The notes under the pieces were generated by a model. That model saw only the letters and a list, made by a program, of their open reading frames with translations, had not been told where the DNA came from and searched no databases. A stretch of 64,000 nucleotides of DNA from positions 12,494-76,493 of the forward strand of contig DAOTMJ010000004.1 in the NCBI GenBank assembly GCA_035450225.1, written 5' to 3'. Source of the stretch: Candidatus Hydrogenedentota bacterium. Its GTDB lineage: Bacteria > Hydrogenedentota > Hydrogenedentia > Hydrogenedentales > SLHB01. This document shows, in pieces, positions 9,261 to 18,054 of the stretch; position 1 is the stretch's first letter, and every line of letters begins with the position of its first letter. The position numbers and the translations under genes were made by a program.

Positions 9261-10577
9261 GTGGCCTCCCTGAGCATTGTGATGATTGTGAAAAACGAGG
9301 CGGATTGCCTTGGCGAATGCCTCGCAAGCGTTTGCGCCTTGGCGGATGAAGTCGTTGTGGCCGACACCGGTTCGACCGACGACACCGTCTCGGTTGCCCG
9401 GCGATTCAAGGCGCGCATTCTGCATGTTCCCTGGCGCGACGATTTTGCCGCCGCGCGAAATGAGGCGCTGGCGGTCGCGACAGCCGATTGGGTACTCCAT
9501 ATTGATGCGGACGAAGTCCTCGATCCGTCCGGCGCGGAAAGGATTCGGGCCTTGATGCGGGCGGACGGCGACGGCGCCGACGCCATCGAGGTGACGCTGC
9601 GCAATTACTCGAACGACATCCGTTCGTGGCGGTTCATGGCTGTCGAACCCGGCGATCCGTTCGCGCGCGGTTTCGCGGGCTATTTGCCGGTTCCGCTGCT
9701 CCGGCTGTTTCGCAACGGATGCGGGTTCGAATACCGGGAGCCCGTCCATGAAAACATCACGGAAAGCGTCGTTGAAAAGAAGGGCATAATCAAACCTTCA
9801 ACCATTGTCATCCATCATTACGGTTTTGAAACGAATCCCGAAAAGATGGGAAAAAAGCGCCGGCGCTATTATGCGATCGCGCTGGCCAAATCCGCGCGCC
9901 AACCCGAAAATCCCAAAACATGGCATGATTTGGCCGAGCAGGCGTTCGCTGTCGGCGAGGCCGCCGTCGCCGAAGAAGCGGCCCGCAAGGCGCTCGAACT
10001 CGATCCCATGCATCTTCCCGCCGCAACCATGCTCGGAAACATTCTGCTCAATCGCGGCGATCTGGACGCGGCGCGGACGCTTTTCGAGAGGATGGAAGGG
10101 CAAGGCTGCCGCGCGCCGCATATTGCCACCGCGCTGGGGGCGATTGCGTGCAGGCAAGGCCGGCTCGACGAGGCGCGCGCGAGACTTGAAAGCATTGCGC
10201 AAGAATGCCCAAAAGACATCCCCTCCCGGCTCTATCTTGCCCGTGTGGACGACCTCCGCGGCGAATTCGGTTCGGCGCGCGCGCGCCTTCTTGAATCGCT
10301 GGCCATTGCTCCGGTCTTGTCTGAGCTTCGGAATCGGGTCCGCGCGCACGAGTTGCGCGAAGAAGCGCGAAAAGTGCTGAACAGTGCGGCGGATCCAGGG
10401 GCTGTCGCGCAAGCCATGCGGACATTGGTCGAATCCCTGAGGCTCGATTCGGAAGACCCCCTTACCTACCGCGCGCTCGGAATGGCGCTCGAATCGCTCG
10501 GCCAACACGATCAAGCGCAAATACAATTCGACCGCGCAAACCGCCTCGCAGGCTCGACAAGACGGCCGCCGGTCTGA
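9261..10577 (+). CDS. Family 2 glycosyltransferase fused to C-terminal TPR repeats
   Basis: The N-terminus SIVMIVKNEADCLGECLASV...VVVADTGSTDDT...DFAAARNEAL...DADE is a GT2 signature. The C-terminal half is TPR-like (repeats rich in A/L/G/D). GTG start. Confidence 0.85.
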   Translation: MASLSIVMIVKNEADCLGECLASVCALADEVVVADTGSTDDTVSVARRFKARILHVPWRDDFAAARNEALAVATADWVLHIDADEVLDPSGAERIRALMRADGDGADAIEVTLRNYSNDIRSWRFMAVEPGDPFARGFAGYLPVPLLRLFRNGCGFEYREPVHENITESVVEKKGIIKPSTIVIHHYGFETNPEKMGKKRRRYYAIALAKSARQPENPKTWHDLAEQAFAVGEAAVAEEAARKALELDPMHLPAATMLGNILLNRGDLDAARTLFERMEGQGCRAPHIATALGAIACRQGRLDEARARLESIAQECPKDIPSRLYLARVDDLRGEFGSARARLLESLAIAPVLSELRNRVRAHELREEARKVLNSAADPGAVAQAMRTLVESLRLDSEDPLTYRALGMALESLGQHDQAQIQFDRANRLAGSTRRPPV

Positions 10578-10719
10578 ACAACGCGAGCATCCTGGGCGTG
10601 GAACGGGCAACCTTCGACGCCGATCAAGCCGTCGCGGCCAAGGCCGAAGGCATTGCCACACATACGGAATCCGTATCCTCCCAAAAGCCGACAGTCGGAA
10701 GGCCGAATCACGCAGACGT

Positions 10720-10743
10720 GCATGGCAAATACCCTTGCCATGC
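10720..10743. repeat. Stable hairpin (9-bp stem GCATGGCAA/TTGCCATGC, 6-nt loop)
   Basis: Read directly. It lies in the long gap without credible ORFs downstream of the GT2-TPR gene. No U-tract follows. Confidence 0.5.
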
Positions 10744-10840
10744 TGGGTGCCTGCGCCGGTCGAAGCGTCGCTATCTCATTCTCCGTCATACCGCATCCTT
10801 TCTTTGCGCCTTCGCGTCTTTGCGTGAATCCTCGTTCTCA

Positions 10841-10864
10841 CGCCAAGACGCCAAGACGCCAAGA
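10841..10864. repeat. Three perfect tandem copies of the octamer CGCCAAGA
   Basis: Read directly: cgccaaga cgccaaga cgccaaga. Confidence 0.8.
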
Positions 10865-10963
10865 TTTCTGGCTCTTCCGGTTTTACCGTACTTGAACTGC
10901 ACGCGGATGCCAGCGAACCGGCAAGTAGACGGCGGGAGACCCCGAAAGGGTGCGATGTCAATA

Positions 10964-10985
10964 GCCGTGGGTGCGAACCCACGGC
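10964..10985. repeat. Hairpin with 9-bp stem and GNRA tetraloop (GCCGTGGGT-GCGA-ACCCACGGC)
   Basis: Read directly. A second small stem-loop, ACCC-CGAAA-GGGT, lies about 20 nt upstream. Confidence 0.6.
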
Positions 10986-11227
10986 TGCGGGTTTCCTCGC
11001 CACGACCGCCGGGCGACTGAAAGGCGGTACGGGCGGAAGGGATTCCGGGACCACGGCCCCAACCGGGCACGGAAGAAAAATGGTGAGGAATAAAAAGGCG
11101 GCCTGTTTTGTCAACCGCTCAAATCCTTTCGCCTGTTGTGCGTTGTATTACAGCACAGACCGTGAACATGTTTCACATGTCATTGTTGGATCATCCGGCT
11201 CCTCCGTATTTTTTGAAAGACCTTGCA

Positions 11228-11269
11228 GCCCGGCATAACGGTTGAAAACCAGCCGGGTTTGTTTCTCTT
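11228..11269 (+). terminator. Terminator-like hairpin plus T-tract on the plus strand, with no annotated gene upstream
   Basis: CCCGGC...GGTT-GAA-AACC...GCCGGG followed by TTTGTTTCTCTT. The nearest plus-strand CDS ends about 650 nt upstream. Confidence 0.3.
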
Positions 11270-11497
11270 GCCGTACCCGCGCGTGCATGTTTGCGCATCC
11301 GCCCCGCAAATGCGCCTCCTCCATTCTGATTGCGCCAATACGGTTGCCCTTTCCGTCTCCTCATGTCGCCTTGACGGGGCGCTTAGAGCCTGCGGGACAA
11401 TCATCCCAACGGACTCCGGTCACAAATTTCATACTGGTAAGAAGGTCCGGATTGCAGGGCGCCACCCCTGTAAACGAATGACGAAAATCCATCCGTT

Positions 11498-11553
11498 TCC
11501 AGAAAGAAAAAGAATACGGGGACGCTTCGTTCCAGATGCCGAGAAGCGTCCCC
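11498..11553 (-). terminator. Intrinsic terminator of the EF-hand protein gene
   Basis: An 11-bp perfect stem GGGGACGCTTC/GAAGCGTCCCC (11518-11528 pairs with 11543-11553). On the minus strand it is followed by GTATTCTTTTTCTTTCT. It lies about 65 nt after the stop at 11620. Confidence 0.6.
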
Positions 11554-11619
11554 GTCCGATCTTCAAGGGGACGATAGAGCAGTATTTTCCTTAAAAGGCC
11601 CTGGCGAACGGCGCCACGG

Positions 11620-12177
11620 TTACTTTTTCGGCGGTTCCGCCGGCGGCGCCTGTTCGGGCTTCGCGGGTGGCGGGCCTTGACGGTGGCCAAGACCCGGTCC
11701 GCGGCCCATGCCGGGGCGCGGACCCATGCGCATCTCGTCGAGCGTCAACACGCCGTCCTTGTTCGCGTCCATCATGTCGAAGCGTTCCTTGGTCATGCGG
11801 GGCCGGGCAGCCTGCAATTCCTCGAACGTCACCTTGCCGTTGGCGTCCTTGTCGGCTTCCTTGAACGCTTCGGCCGGGCTTGGAAAATCGGCGGCGCTCA
11901 ACACGCCGTCCTTGTTACGGTCCATCATGTCGAAGCGTTCCTTGGTGATTTCCGGGCGGGCGGCTTTCATCTCTTCGAACGTGGCCTTGCCGTCCTTGTC
12001 GGCATCGGCCTTCCTCAACATATCGAGCATTGGATGGGGACCTCCCGGACCCCGGAGATGCCCGGCTTTGGGCGGCGCCGCCGGGGCGGCGGGAGCGGCC
12101 GGGGCGGGATCTTGCGCCCATACGGCGCCGGCCACCAGAAAAATTCCCATACATACGGCAATGATCGTCTTGTTCAT
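11620..12177 (-). CDS. Secreted EF-hand calcium-binding protein (four EF-hand loops)
   Basis: A signal peptide MNKTIIAVCMGIFLVAGAVWA, then an (AP)n linker. Four canonical loops follow: DADKDGKATFEE, DRNKDGVLSAAD, DKDANGKVTFEE and DANKDGVLTLDE. Confidence 0.8.
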   Translation of the reverse strand: MNKTIIAVCMGIFLVAGAVWAQDPAPAAPAAPAAPPKAGHLRGPGGPHPMLDMLRKADADKDGKATFEEMKAARPEITKERFDMMDRNKDGVLSAADFPSPAEAFKEADKDANGKVTFEELQAARPRMTKERFDMMDANKDGVLTLDEMRMGPRPGMGRGPGLGHRQGPPPAKPEQAPPAEPPKK

Positions 12178-12338
12178 GTCAAGTCCCTTTCGTTTTTGTT
12201 CATTCTGTCAAACACCGGGAACGCGGCAAGGTTCCCTGTACTTTTTACGCCCGCGGGGCTATGATGACGCGCATGTCCGATTCCGAGACGATGCCGATGA
12301 CTGGAAAGAACAAGATCCCGGGAACAAAGTAACCGACG

Positions 12339-13061
12339 ATGCCGCGACATTCCATCATACAATCCGAACGCGAACTGTACGGTCCCGTGCGGGATTATCT
12401 CGTTGCGCGGGGGTATGTCGTGCGCGGCGAGGTCAAGGGTTGCGATCTCACGGCCACGCGGGGAGACGATTTGCTGGCCGTGGAGTTCAAGCGTGAATTC
12501 AACACGGCGCTTCTGATTCAGGCCGCGCAACGCCAGCGCGCGGCGGATTCGGTGTATGTGGCCGTGCCGCGTCCGCCGGAAGGGCTTCGCACGAAACGCT
12601 GGCGCGGGATCTGCCATCTGCTGCGCCGTCTCGAACTGGGTTTGTTGCTCGTGAATCCTGGCGGCCCCAGACCTGCCGTCGAAATTGCGTTTCATCCCCT
12701 TCCCTACGAACGCAAACGCCTGAAGAAGGCAAAACGCGCCATCCTCGACGAGATGTCGGGCCGATCCGGCGATTTCAACGAAGGCGGCTCGGTCCGGCGC
12801 CGCCTGATTACCGCGTACCGCGAAAACGCCATCCATATCGCCTGTTGTCTCGCGGAATGCGGGCCCCTGTCGCCCAAAACATTGCGCGCCATGGGAACGG
12901 GGCCGAAGACGTTGTCCATCCTCGCCGGCAATTTCTACGGCTGGTTCGAGCGCGTGGAACGCGGCGTCTACCGGCTTACGGCGCGCGGCGGCGAAGACCT
13001 CATGGCCTATCCCGAACTGGCGGATCATTACCGCCGCCGAATTCAGACGAATGCGCGATAG
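12339..13061 (+). CDS. DUF2161/COG5482-like protein: N-terminal PD-(D/E)xK-like module plus C-terminal winged-helix-like region
   Basis: 240 aa. The segments LYGPVRDYLVARGYVVRGEV.GCDLTATRGDDLLAVEFK (a D...ExK arrangement) and C-terminal YGWFERVERGVYRLT match my memory of the DUF2161 family. Function unknown. Confidence 0.6.
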   Translation: MPRHSIIQSERELYGPVRDYLVARGYVVRGEVKGCDLTATRGDDLLAVEFKREFNTALLIQAAQRQRAADSVYVAVPRPPEGLRTKRWRGICHLLRRLELGLLLVNPGGPRPAVEIAFHPLPYERKRLKKAKRAILDEMSGRSGDFNEGGSVRRRLITAYRENAIHIACCLAECGPLSPKTLRAMGTGPKTLSILAGNFYGWFERVERGVYRLTARGGEDLMAYPELADHYRRRIQTNAR

Positions 13062-13882
13062 GCGGTTTTAATCCGTTCGAGCAACGCGCGGGGATCTTCG
13101 GCCCAGAGTTCGTCGGAGAAGATTTCGACTTCGATGGCGCCGTCGTATCCGGTTTCCTCGACCCAACGGCGAATCCGGCGAATTGGAATGCAGCCTTCCC
13201 CCATCAGTCCGCGATCGTTCAGCAGATCGCGCGTGGGACACCGCCAGTCGCAGACGTGAAACGATAAAATGCGCGGCCCGGCGCGGCGGATTTCCGCCTC
13301 GAGATCCGGATCCCACCACAGGTGATAAACGTCCACCGTCACGCCCACAACCGGCGTCGCAAGGCGTTCCGCGATGTCGTTTGCCTGTCTCAGCGTGTTG
13401 ACGGCGCAACGGTCGCCCGCGTACATCGGATGCAGCGGCTCGATGCCCAGACGCACACCCGCCGCTTCCGCATGGGGCACGACGGCGGCAATTCCATCGG
13501 CAATTTGCCCACGCGCTTCTTCGAGCGGGAGGCCCGGGACGGCTCCGCTGACCAAGACCACGAGCGGCGCACCAATGGCCGCCGCTTCGTCAACGGCGCG
13601 GAGGTTGTCCGCGATGGCTTTCTCGCGTTCGGCGGCGGTGCGCGCGGGGAAAAATCCTCCCCGGCACAGACTGGCCACACGAAGCCCGGAATCGCGAAGC
13701 ATCCGCCCGGATACCACGGCTCCCTGGGGTTCGAGATGCTGCCGCCAAACCGTGATGCCGGGAATTCCGGCCGCGGTAAAGCCTTCGATGGCCTCCGCCA
13801 AGGACCAGCGTTTCACCGTCATCGTATGCACGCACAACCGGCGCAGGTCCGGCGGCGCGTCTTTATCGGTTATGGTTGTCAT
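13043..13882 (-). CDS. Sugar phosphate isomerase/epimerase (xylose-isomerase-like TIM barrel)
   Basis: 279 aa. Typical AP_endonuc_2 fold pattern: LGIEPLHPM, VDVYHLWWD, GEGCIP, IEVEIFS. Its 3' end overlaps the convergent DUF2161 gene by 19 nt. Confidence 0.8.
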   Translation of the reverse strand: MTTITDKDAPPDLRRLCVHTMTVKRWSLAEAIEGFTAAGIPGITVWRQHLEPQGAVVSGRMLRDSGLRVASLCRGGFFPARTAAEREKAIADNLRAVDEAAAIGAPLVVLVSGAVPGLPLEEARGQIADGIAAVVPHAEAAGVRLGIEPLHPMYAGDRCAVNTLRQANDIAERLATPVVGVTVDVYHLWWDPDLEAEIRRAGPRILSFHVCDWRCPTRDLLNDRGLMGEGCIPIRRIRRWVEETGYDGAIEVEIFSDELWAEDPRALLERIKTAYRAFV

Positions 13883-14025
13883 ATTTTTTGGGTTCCCAAC
13901 AATTGCAACACAAAGAGGCCGCGCGTGCCATTATCCTGAAAACGGCATTTCAATCGCGAATTGATGCGAGTAGCGGACGCAACCGATCATTCTCCAATAC
14001 AGGGGGCGGTTTTCGGTCTGACAAG

Positions 14026-15669
14026 TCACGGTCGAAAATTCGCCATGCGGCAAAGATAATCTTCGAGATTCGTATAGCCGTTGCCGTCGGAATCTTGGGC
14101 GCCGTCGGCCGGATCCTGTGGATTCAGTCCATGGCGGCGTTCCCAAGTGTCGGGCATGCCGTCGTGATCGGAATCGTCCGGTGCGGGAAGCGAACGGAGT
14201 TCGGGCCAGCCGCCCACGGCCGTCTGGGAGTCTATCAGGCCTTTGCCGCCGCCGCCGTAGGTTTCGCCGTAACGGGCAGTCCCTGTCCGGATTTCCTCGA
14301 TGATGCGCGCATCCACCGCGTCGCGCCTGATCGAACAACCCGCCTCGCGCAGCACCCGCTTGTATGCGCGCTTTGCCGATTGGGTCTTGACCGGCGCCAC
14401 GACGTACGGTTCATGCGCGCGCAATGTCTGTTCGGTGGCTTCGCCGTCTTCGGCGAAATCAATGCCGCCGGCCCAATTGTCTTTCGAAACAAGGGGGAAT
14501 CCCCACACATAATTCCCCGCGCAATACATTTTCCCTCGGGGATCTTTCTGAAGAAAGATGCGATCGCGAACATTCTCCGAGGTGGCGGGGCCGAATTTGT
14601 AGTAATTGTTGATCCAGTTGCGGGGCCACCGTTCGCCTCCGTACGCGCTGTTGAAGCCCCAGTTGTAGATGACGTTGTTCCGCAGATCGAGCAGGCCGGA
14701 TTCCTCGTTGCCGGAGGCGCGCGGATTCCGGCTCGAATGGTGCGCCAGGATGTTGTGGTGGAACGACGCGCCCGGACCGCCCCACAACCCGCCGTAACCG
14801 TGCGAGCCCTTCTTGTGGAGCGATTTCGTGAGGCTTTCCGTGACCATGCACCACTGCACCGTCACATTGGAGGCCTTGTTGATGGAAAGCGTTTCGTCAA
14901 CGCCCCAACTCACCGAGCAGTGGTCCACGATGATGTGATCGCCGTTGCCCCCGAACGCATCCTGTTCCTTACGTTTCTCGTCGCCGGGACGGAACCGCAT
15001 GTAACGGACGATCATATGTTGCGTGTCGAAATTGAACTGGTAGTTTTTGATGCAGATTCCATCGCCCGGCGCCGTCTGCCCGGCTATGGTGATGTACGGG
15101 TGCCGAATCTTCAATTCGCGTTCGAGCGGGATCGTGCCCGAAACACGGAACACCACCGTCCGCGGTCCCTCGGCCTCGCACGCCGCGCGGAAACTTCCCG
15201 GTCCGTTGTCGTTGAGATTCGTCACCTCGATTACGCGTCCGCCGCGTCCGCCGAGGGTGTACTGGCCGAAGCCTTCCGCGCCGGGAAAGGCGGGGGCGCG
15301 ATTCGGGCGAAATCGGCGCAGGATCACGCTTGCGGGCTTGCGGCGGTATTCCACATCGCACAGCCAACCTTCCGGAAGCCGAATTTGGTTGAACTTCCCC
15401 TGAAGGGCCTCGACGCCTTTTCCGAATACCGGGCAAACCGTGTTCTCGTGCGGTTCGATGCGTCCGGCGAACCGCACTTCAAGCACGCCCGACAGCCGCC
15501 ATCGGCCCGATGTGATGGTATCGCATTCACCGCCGTCGGTTATCGTGAATTCGGTCCGTTCGCCGGTTGCCTGCCAGCCGGAAGCGATTTCGGACGCGGC
15601 CGCTTTTCCTGCCTCTCCCGCGCAGGCGCACAAAATCGCCGCGAAGCCCAACAGGTGTTTCACGTGCAT
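14026..15669 (-). CDS. Secreted pectate-lyase-like (PL1-type beta-helix) protein with C-terminal thrombospondin-type-3-like Ca-binding repeats
   Basis: AFPGAEGFGQYTLGGRGGRVIEVTNLNDNGPGSFR...TIAGQTAPGDGICI... followed by a C-terminal DDSDHDGMPDTWE...DSDGNGYTNLEDY. I chose the start at MHVKHLLGFAAILCACAGEA (15669), a signal peptide, rather than the track start 15753, which would overlap the upstream gene. Confidence 0.75.
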   Translation of the reverse strand: MHVKHLLGFAAILCACAGEAGKAAASEIASGWQATGERTEFTITDGGECDTITSGRWRLSGVLEVRFAGRIEPHENTVCPVFGKGVEALQGKFNQIRLPEGWLCDVEYRRKPASVILRRFRPNRAPAFPGAEGFGQYTLGGRGGRVIEVTNLNDNGPGSFRAACEAEGPRTVVFRVSGTIPLERELKIRHPYITIAGQTAPGDGICIKNYQFNFDTQHMIVRYMRFRPGDEKRKEQDAFGGNGDHIIVDHCSVSWGVDETLSINKASNVTVQWCMVTESLTKSLHKKGSHGYGGLWGGPGASFHHNILAHHSSRNPRASGNEESGLLDLRNNVIYNWGFNSAYGGERWPRNWINNYYKFGPATSENVRDRIFLQKDPRGKMYCAGNYVWGFPLVSKDNWAGGIDFAEDGEATEQTLRAHEPYVVAPVKTQSAKRAYKRVLREAGCSIRRDAVDARIIEEIRTGTARYGETYGGGGKGLIDSQTAVGGWPELRSLPAPDDSDHDGMPDTWERRHGLNPQDPADGAQDSDGNGYTNLEDYLCRMANFRP

Positions 15670-15704
15670 GAAAAACGCCTCCCACGGTTCATGCAAACGA
15701 CCGT

Positions 15705-17126
15705 TCAGTTCCCGGCTTGGGCCGTTACCTCGATCGGATTCGTCAGAATCCACGGGGCCATGTTTCGGGCGTAGTGTTCGCCGACGACGGCGATTTCGCC
15801 GGGAACGCTCACATCCGCTTGAATGCGGTATTTGCCCGGGGCCGTCACTTCGTACTCGAAGGTCCTGCCGCTCTGCTCGGTCACGCGATTGCCGTCGCGC
15901 ACCAGCGTGAACCGGCAGGGCAGCGGCGCCTCGGCGCGCAACTTGAGACCGGGCGCCAACGCGATGCGTTCGCCCATTGTCACGCGCTGTCCGCCGCCCT
16001 CCGCCACATAGGCGAACCCGCCGGCGTCCGCGATCATGTTGAACGCCACAAAAGCACGCCCCGTCCGGACGGCGTCGAGCAGGGCCGGTTCGGTCAATTC
16101 TTGGGCAAGCAGGTGGGTATTGACGAATCGCGACGAACGTTCATACGGATCCATATCAATCCGGAACAATTGTTGGCCCGCTTCGAGTTTCCCGAAAAAC
16201 AATTTCAGGAGCGTCCGCGTCACGGCGTTCAACTTGAACTCGGCGATCTTCTTCTTCGGATCGCTGTGGCCGGTATCCAGCAACAGCAGCGAGTCTTCCG
16301 CCGTATAGATGCCACGGGCGCCGACGTTCTGATGGCAGTCGTTGGCGGCGATGCCCGTGAGTTTGCGATGCACGTTTTGCTCGTCCCATTTCTGCACCAG
16401 CATCGCCAGCACCCACCAGTCGAATACCGAACGGAGCGTCTGTTCGGGATACGCCCACATGTTGATCAGGAGTTCCTTGACGACCTCGAGCCGGGAATGC
16501 TTTTCCATCATTTCATCGAGGAGGTCGGTGTGGATGTTGTAGATTTCCATGCCGTCAATTTCGGGAATGTGCCACGGACGCCCCGCCTCGCAATGTCCGA
16601 GGCACAGCACACCGCCGAGTTGGTGAATCTTTTTGGCCAGTTCCGCCGGATCCTCGCTGTTGGAAAACACGGTGTCGTCCGGAAGCCCCCACGGCATGAA
16701 CCCGTCCCGCATCTCGAACCCGCGCACGAAGAGGATTCCGTCGTGAATACCCTTCCAGCCGAGCGAATAATCCGCCTTGCCGTCCACGACGTGATCCGTC
16801 ATGAAAATGAATTGGCATTTTGCCTGGTGCAGCGCCTGGACGATTTCCGGAAACGTGACCTCCGAGTCGTGCGAGACCTCGGAATGGCTGTGCATCACCC
16901 CGCGATATTCCTGCCAGCCCGTTTGGAGCGACACGGGGGTTCGTTGCGCCGCGAGTTGCTTCCACGCCTCCGCCTGTTTCGGAAACAAATAAAAGCGATG
17001 ATAGAGTTGCGGAGCAAAAAAGCCGCCGAAGGCCCCTCCTAGAAACACTACGAATAACACAAACAGACGCGCGCACCACCGCGCGAAGACAAGCAGGCAT
17101 CCCTTCTTCTTTTTCTGCGTTTCCAC
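15705..17126 (-). CDS. Membrane-anchored PHP-domain metallophosphoesterase-like protein
   Basis: An N-terminal TM helix, then a YRGVMHSHSEVSHDS...FIFMTDH PHP motif. The track start (17177) overlaps porB by 50 nt. An in-frame GTG at 17126 lies 1 nt after the porB stop, and I prefer it. Confidence 0.6.
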   Translation of the reverse strand: METQKKKKGCLLVFARWCARLFVLFVVFLGGAFGGFFAPQLYHRFYLFPKQAEAWKQLAAQRTPVSLQTGWQEYRGVMHSHSEVSHDSEVTFPEIVQALHQAKCQFIFMTDHVVDGKADYSLGWKGIHDGILFVRGFEMRDGFMPWGLPDDTVFSNSEDPAELAKKIHQLGGVLCLGHCEAGRPWHIPEIDGMEIYNIHTDLLDEMMEKHSRLEVVKELLINMWAYPEQTLRSVFDWWVLAMLVQKWDEQNVHRKLTGIAANDCHQNVGARGIYTAEDSLLLLDTGHSDPKKKIAEFKLNAVTRTLLKLFFGKLEAGQQLFRIDMDPYERSSRFVNTHLLAQELTEPALLDAVRTGRAFVAFNMIADAGGFAYVAEGGGQRVTMGERIALAPGLKLRAEAPLPCRFTLVRDGNRVTEQSGRTFEYEVTAPGKYRIQADVSVPGEIAVVGEHYARNMAPWILTNPIEVTAQAGN

Positions 17127-17127
17127 G

Positions 17128-18036
17128 TCAGGACTCGTTTTCGGCGGCACGAGCCATGTAATTTTCCCAGCGGGCATCCACCCATTGCTGAAATTCGGCG
17201 AGACGTTCGGGATCGGGCTTGCCGAACCGTTTCTGGGCCGCGAAATAGGTTTCGATCGGCGCGCGCTTGTTTCGCTTGGCGATGGTGCGGCTCTTGCTCG
17301 TCAGGCGAAAAACGCCGTTTTCGATTTCATATAGGACCACCGCGCCGGTTTCGACGGCAAGACGTCCCACTTTGATGGTGTCGGTCGTCGGGAATACCCA
17401 TCCGGGCGGACATGGTGTCGAGATGTGGATGTAGCGCGTGCCGGAAATGGCGCGGGCCTTGCGCACCTTGTCGAACAAGTCCGCGGGATACGACGGGCTG
17501 GCCGTGGCAATGTAGGGAATTCCGTGCGCCTCCATGATCCGCACCATGTCCTTCGAGTGCTGCTGCTTGCCGAGGATCGGCGTTGTCGCGGTCTTGACGT
17601 GGATCGGCGTGGCGCTCGAACGTTGGGTACCGGTGTTCATATAGGCTTCGTTGTCGTAGCAGATGTAGAGGATGTCGGCGTTGCGCTCGGCGGCGCCGCT
17701 CAATGCCTGGATGCCGATATCCAGCGTGCCGCCATCGCCCGCAAAAGCCACAACGGTCGTGCCGGTCTTGCCCAGCGCCTTCAGTCCCGCCGCCACGCCC
17801 GAAGCCGATGCCGCGGTGCTCGGAAACGCGACATTGAGCCACGGCATCCGGACCGACGATACGGGATACATCCCGCCCAGCACGGTCAGGCAACTGGCCG
17901 GCACCACCAGGATCGCTTGGCCTTCCAGCGCCTTCGAAATGTAACGCAAAGCCACCGCCAAACCGCAACCCGCACAGGTTCGGTTGCCCGAAAGCAGGTA
18001 TTCTTCGTCCGGCAAATTCAACAAACTCGTTTCCAT
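17128..18036 (-). CDS. porB: 2-oxoacid (pyruvate-type):ferredoxin oxidoreductase, beta (TPP-binding) subunit
   Basis: CAGCG...GDGGTLDIGIQALSGAAERNADILYICYDNEAYMNTGTQRS, a TPP-binding motif. It is the last gene of a gamma-delta-alpha-beta operon. The exact 2-oxoacid specificity cannot be determined. Confidence 0.9.
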   Translation of the reverse strand: METSLLNLPDEEYLLSGNRTCAGCGLAVALRYISKALEGQAILVVPASCLTVLGGMYPVSSVRMPWLNVAFPSTAASASGVAAGLKALGKTGTTVVAFAGDGGTLDIGIQALSGAAERNADILYICYDNEAYMNTGTQRSSATPIHVKTATTPILGKQQHSKDMVRIMEAHGIPYIATASPSYPADLFDKVRKARAISGTRYIHISTPCPPGWVFPTTDTIKVGRLAVETGAVVLYEIENGVFRLTSKSRTIAKRNKRAPIETYFAAQKRFGKPDPERLAEFQQWVDARWENYMARAAENES

Positions 18037-18054
18037 CGTTCACCTACCCGGTTT

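Noticed and set aside
10598-11114. ORFs of 80-140 aa on both strands inside the 1-kb gap (for example 10598-11020 on the plus strand and 10776-11114 on the minus strand)
   Set aside because: The translations are dominated by Arg, Pro and Ser and by strings that arise from reading repeats and hairpins (LCAFASLRE, IAVGANPRL). There are no SD sequences, and mutually overlapping ORFs occur on both strands. I treat the region as non-coding.
11440-11470. AGGUCCGGA segment reminiscent of the SRP RNA domain IV motif
   Set aside because: The flanking sequence lacks the conserved GGAAGCAGCC / symmetric-loop context and the 5'/3' pairing of 4.5S RNA. I also found no RNase P or tmRNA hallmark motifs anywhere in the window.
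15670-15753. 28-residue N-terminal extension of the pectate-lyase ORF
   Set aside because: It overlaps the 3' end of the upstream PHP gene and precedes an obvious Met-initiated signal peptide.
13876-15774. 632-aa ORF on the plus strand
   Set aside because: It is antisense to the pectate-lyase-like gene, whose signal peptide, catalytic-region motifs and Ca-binding repeats are clear.
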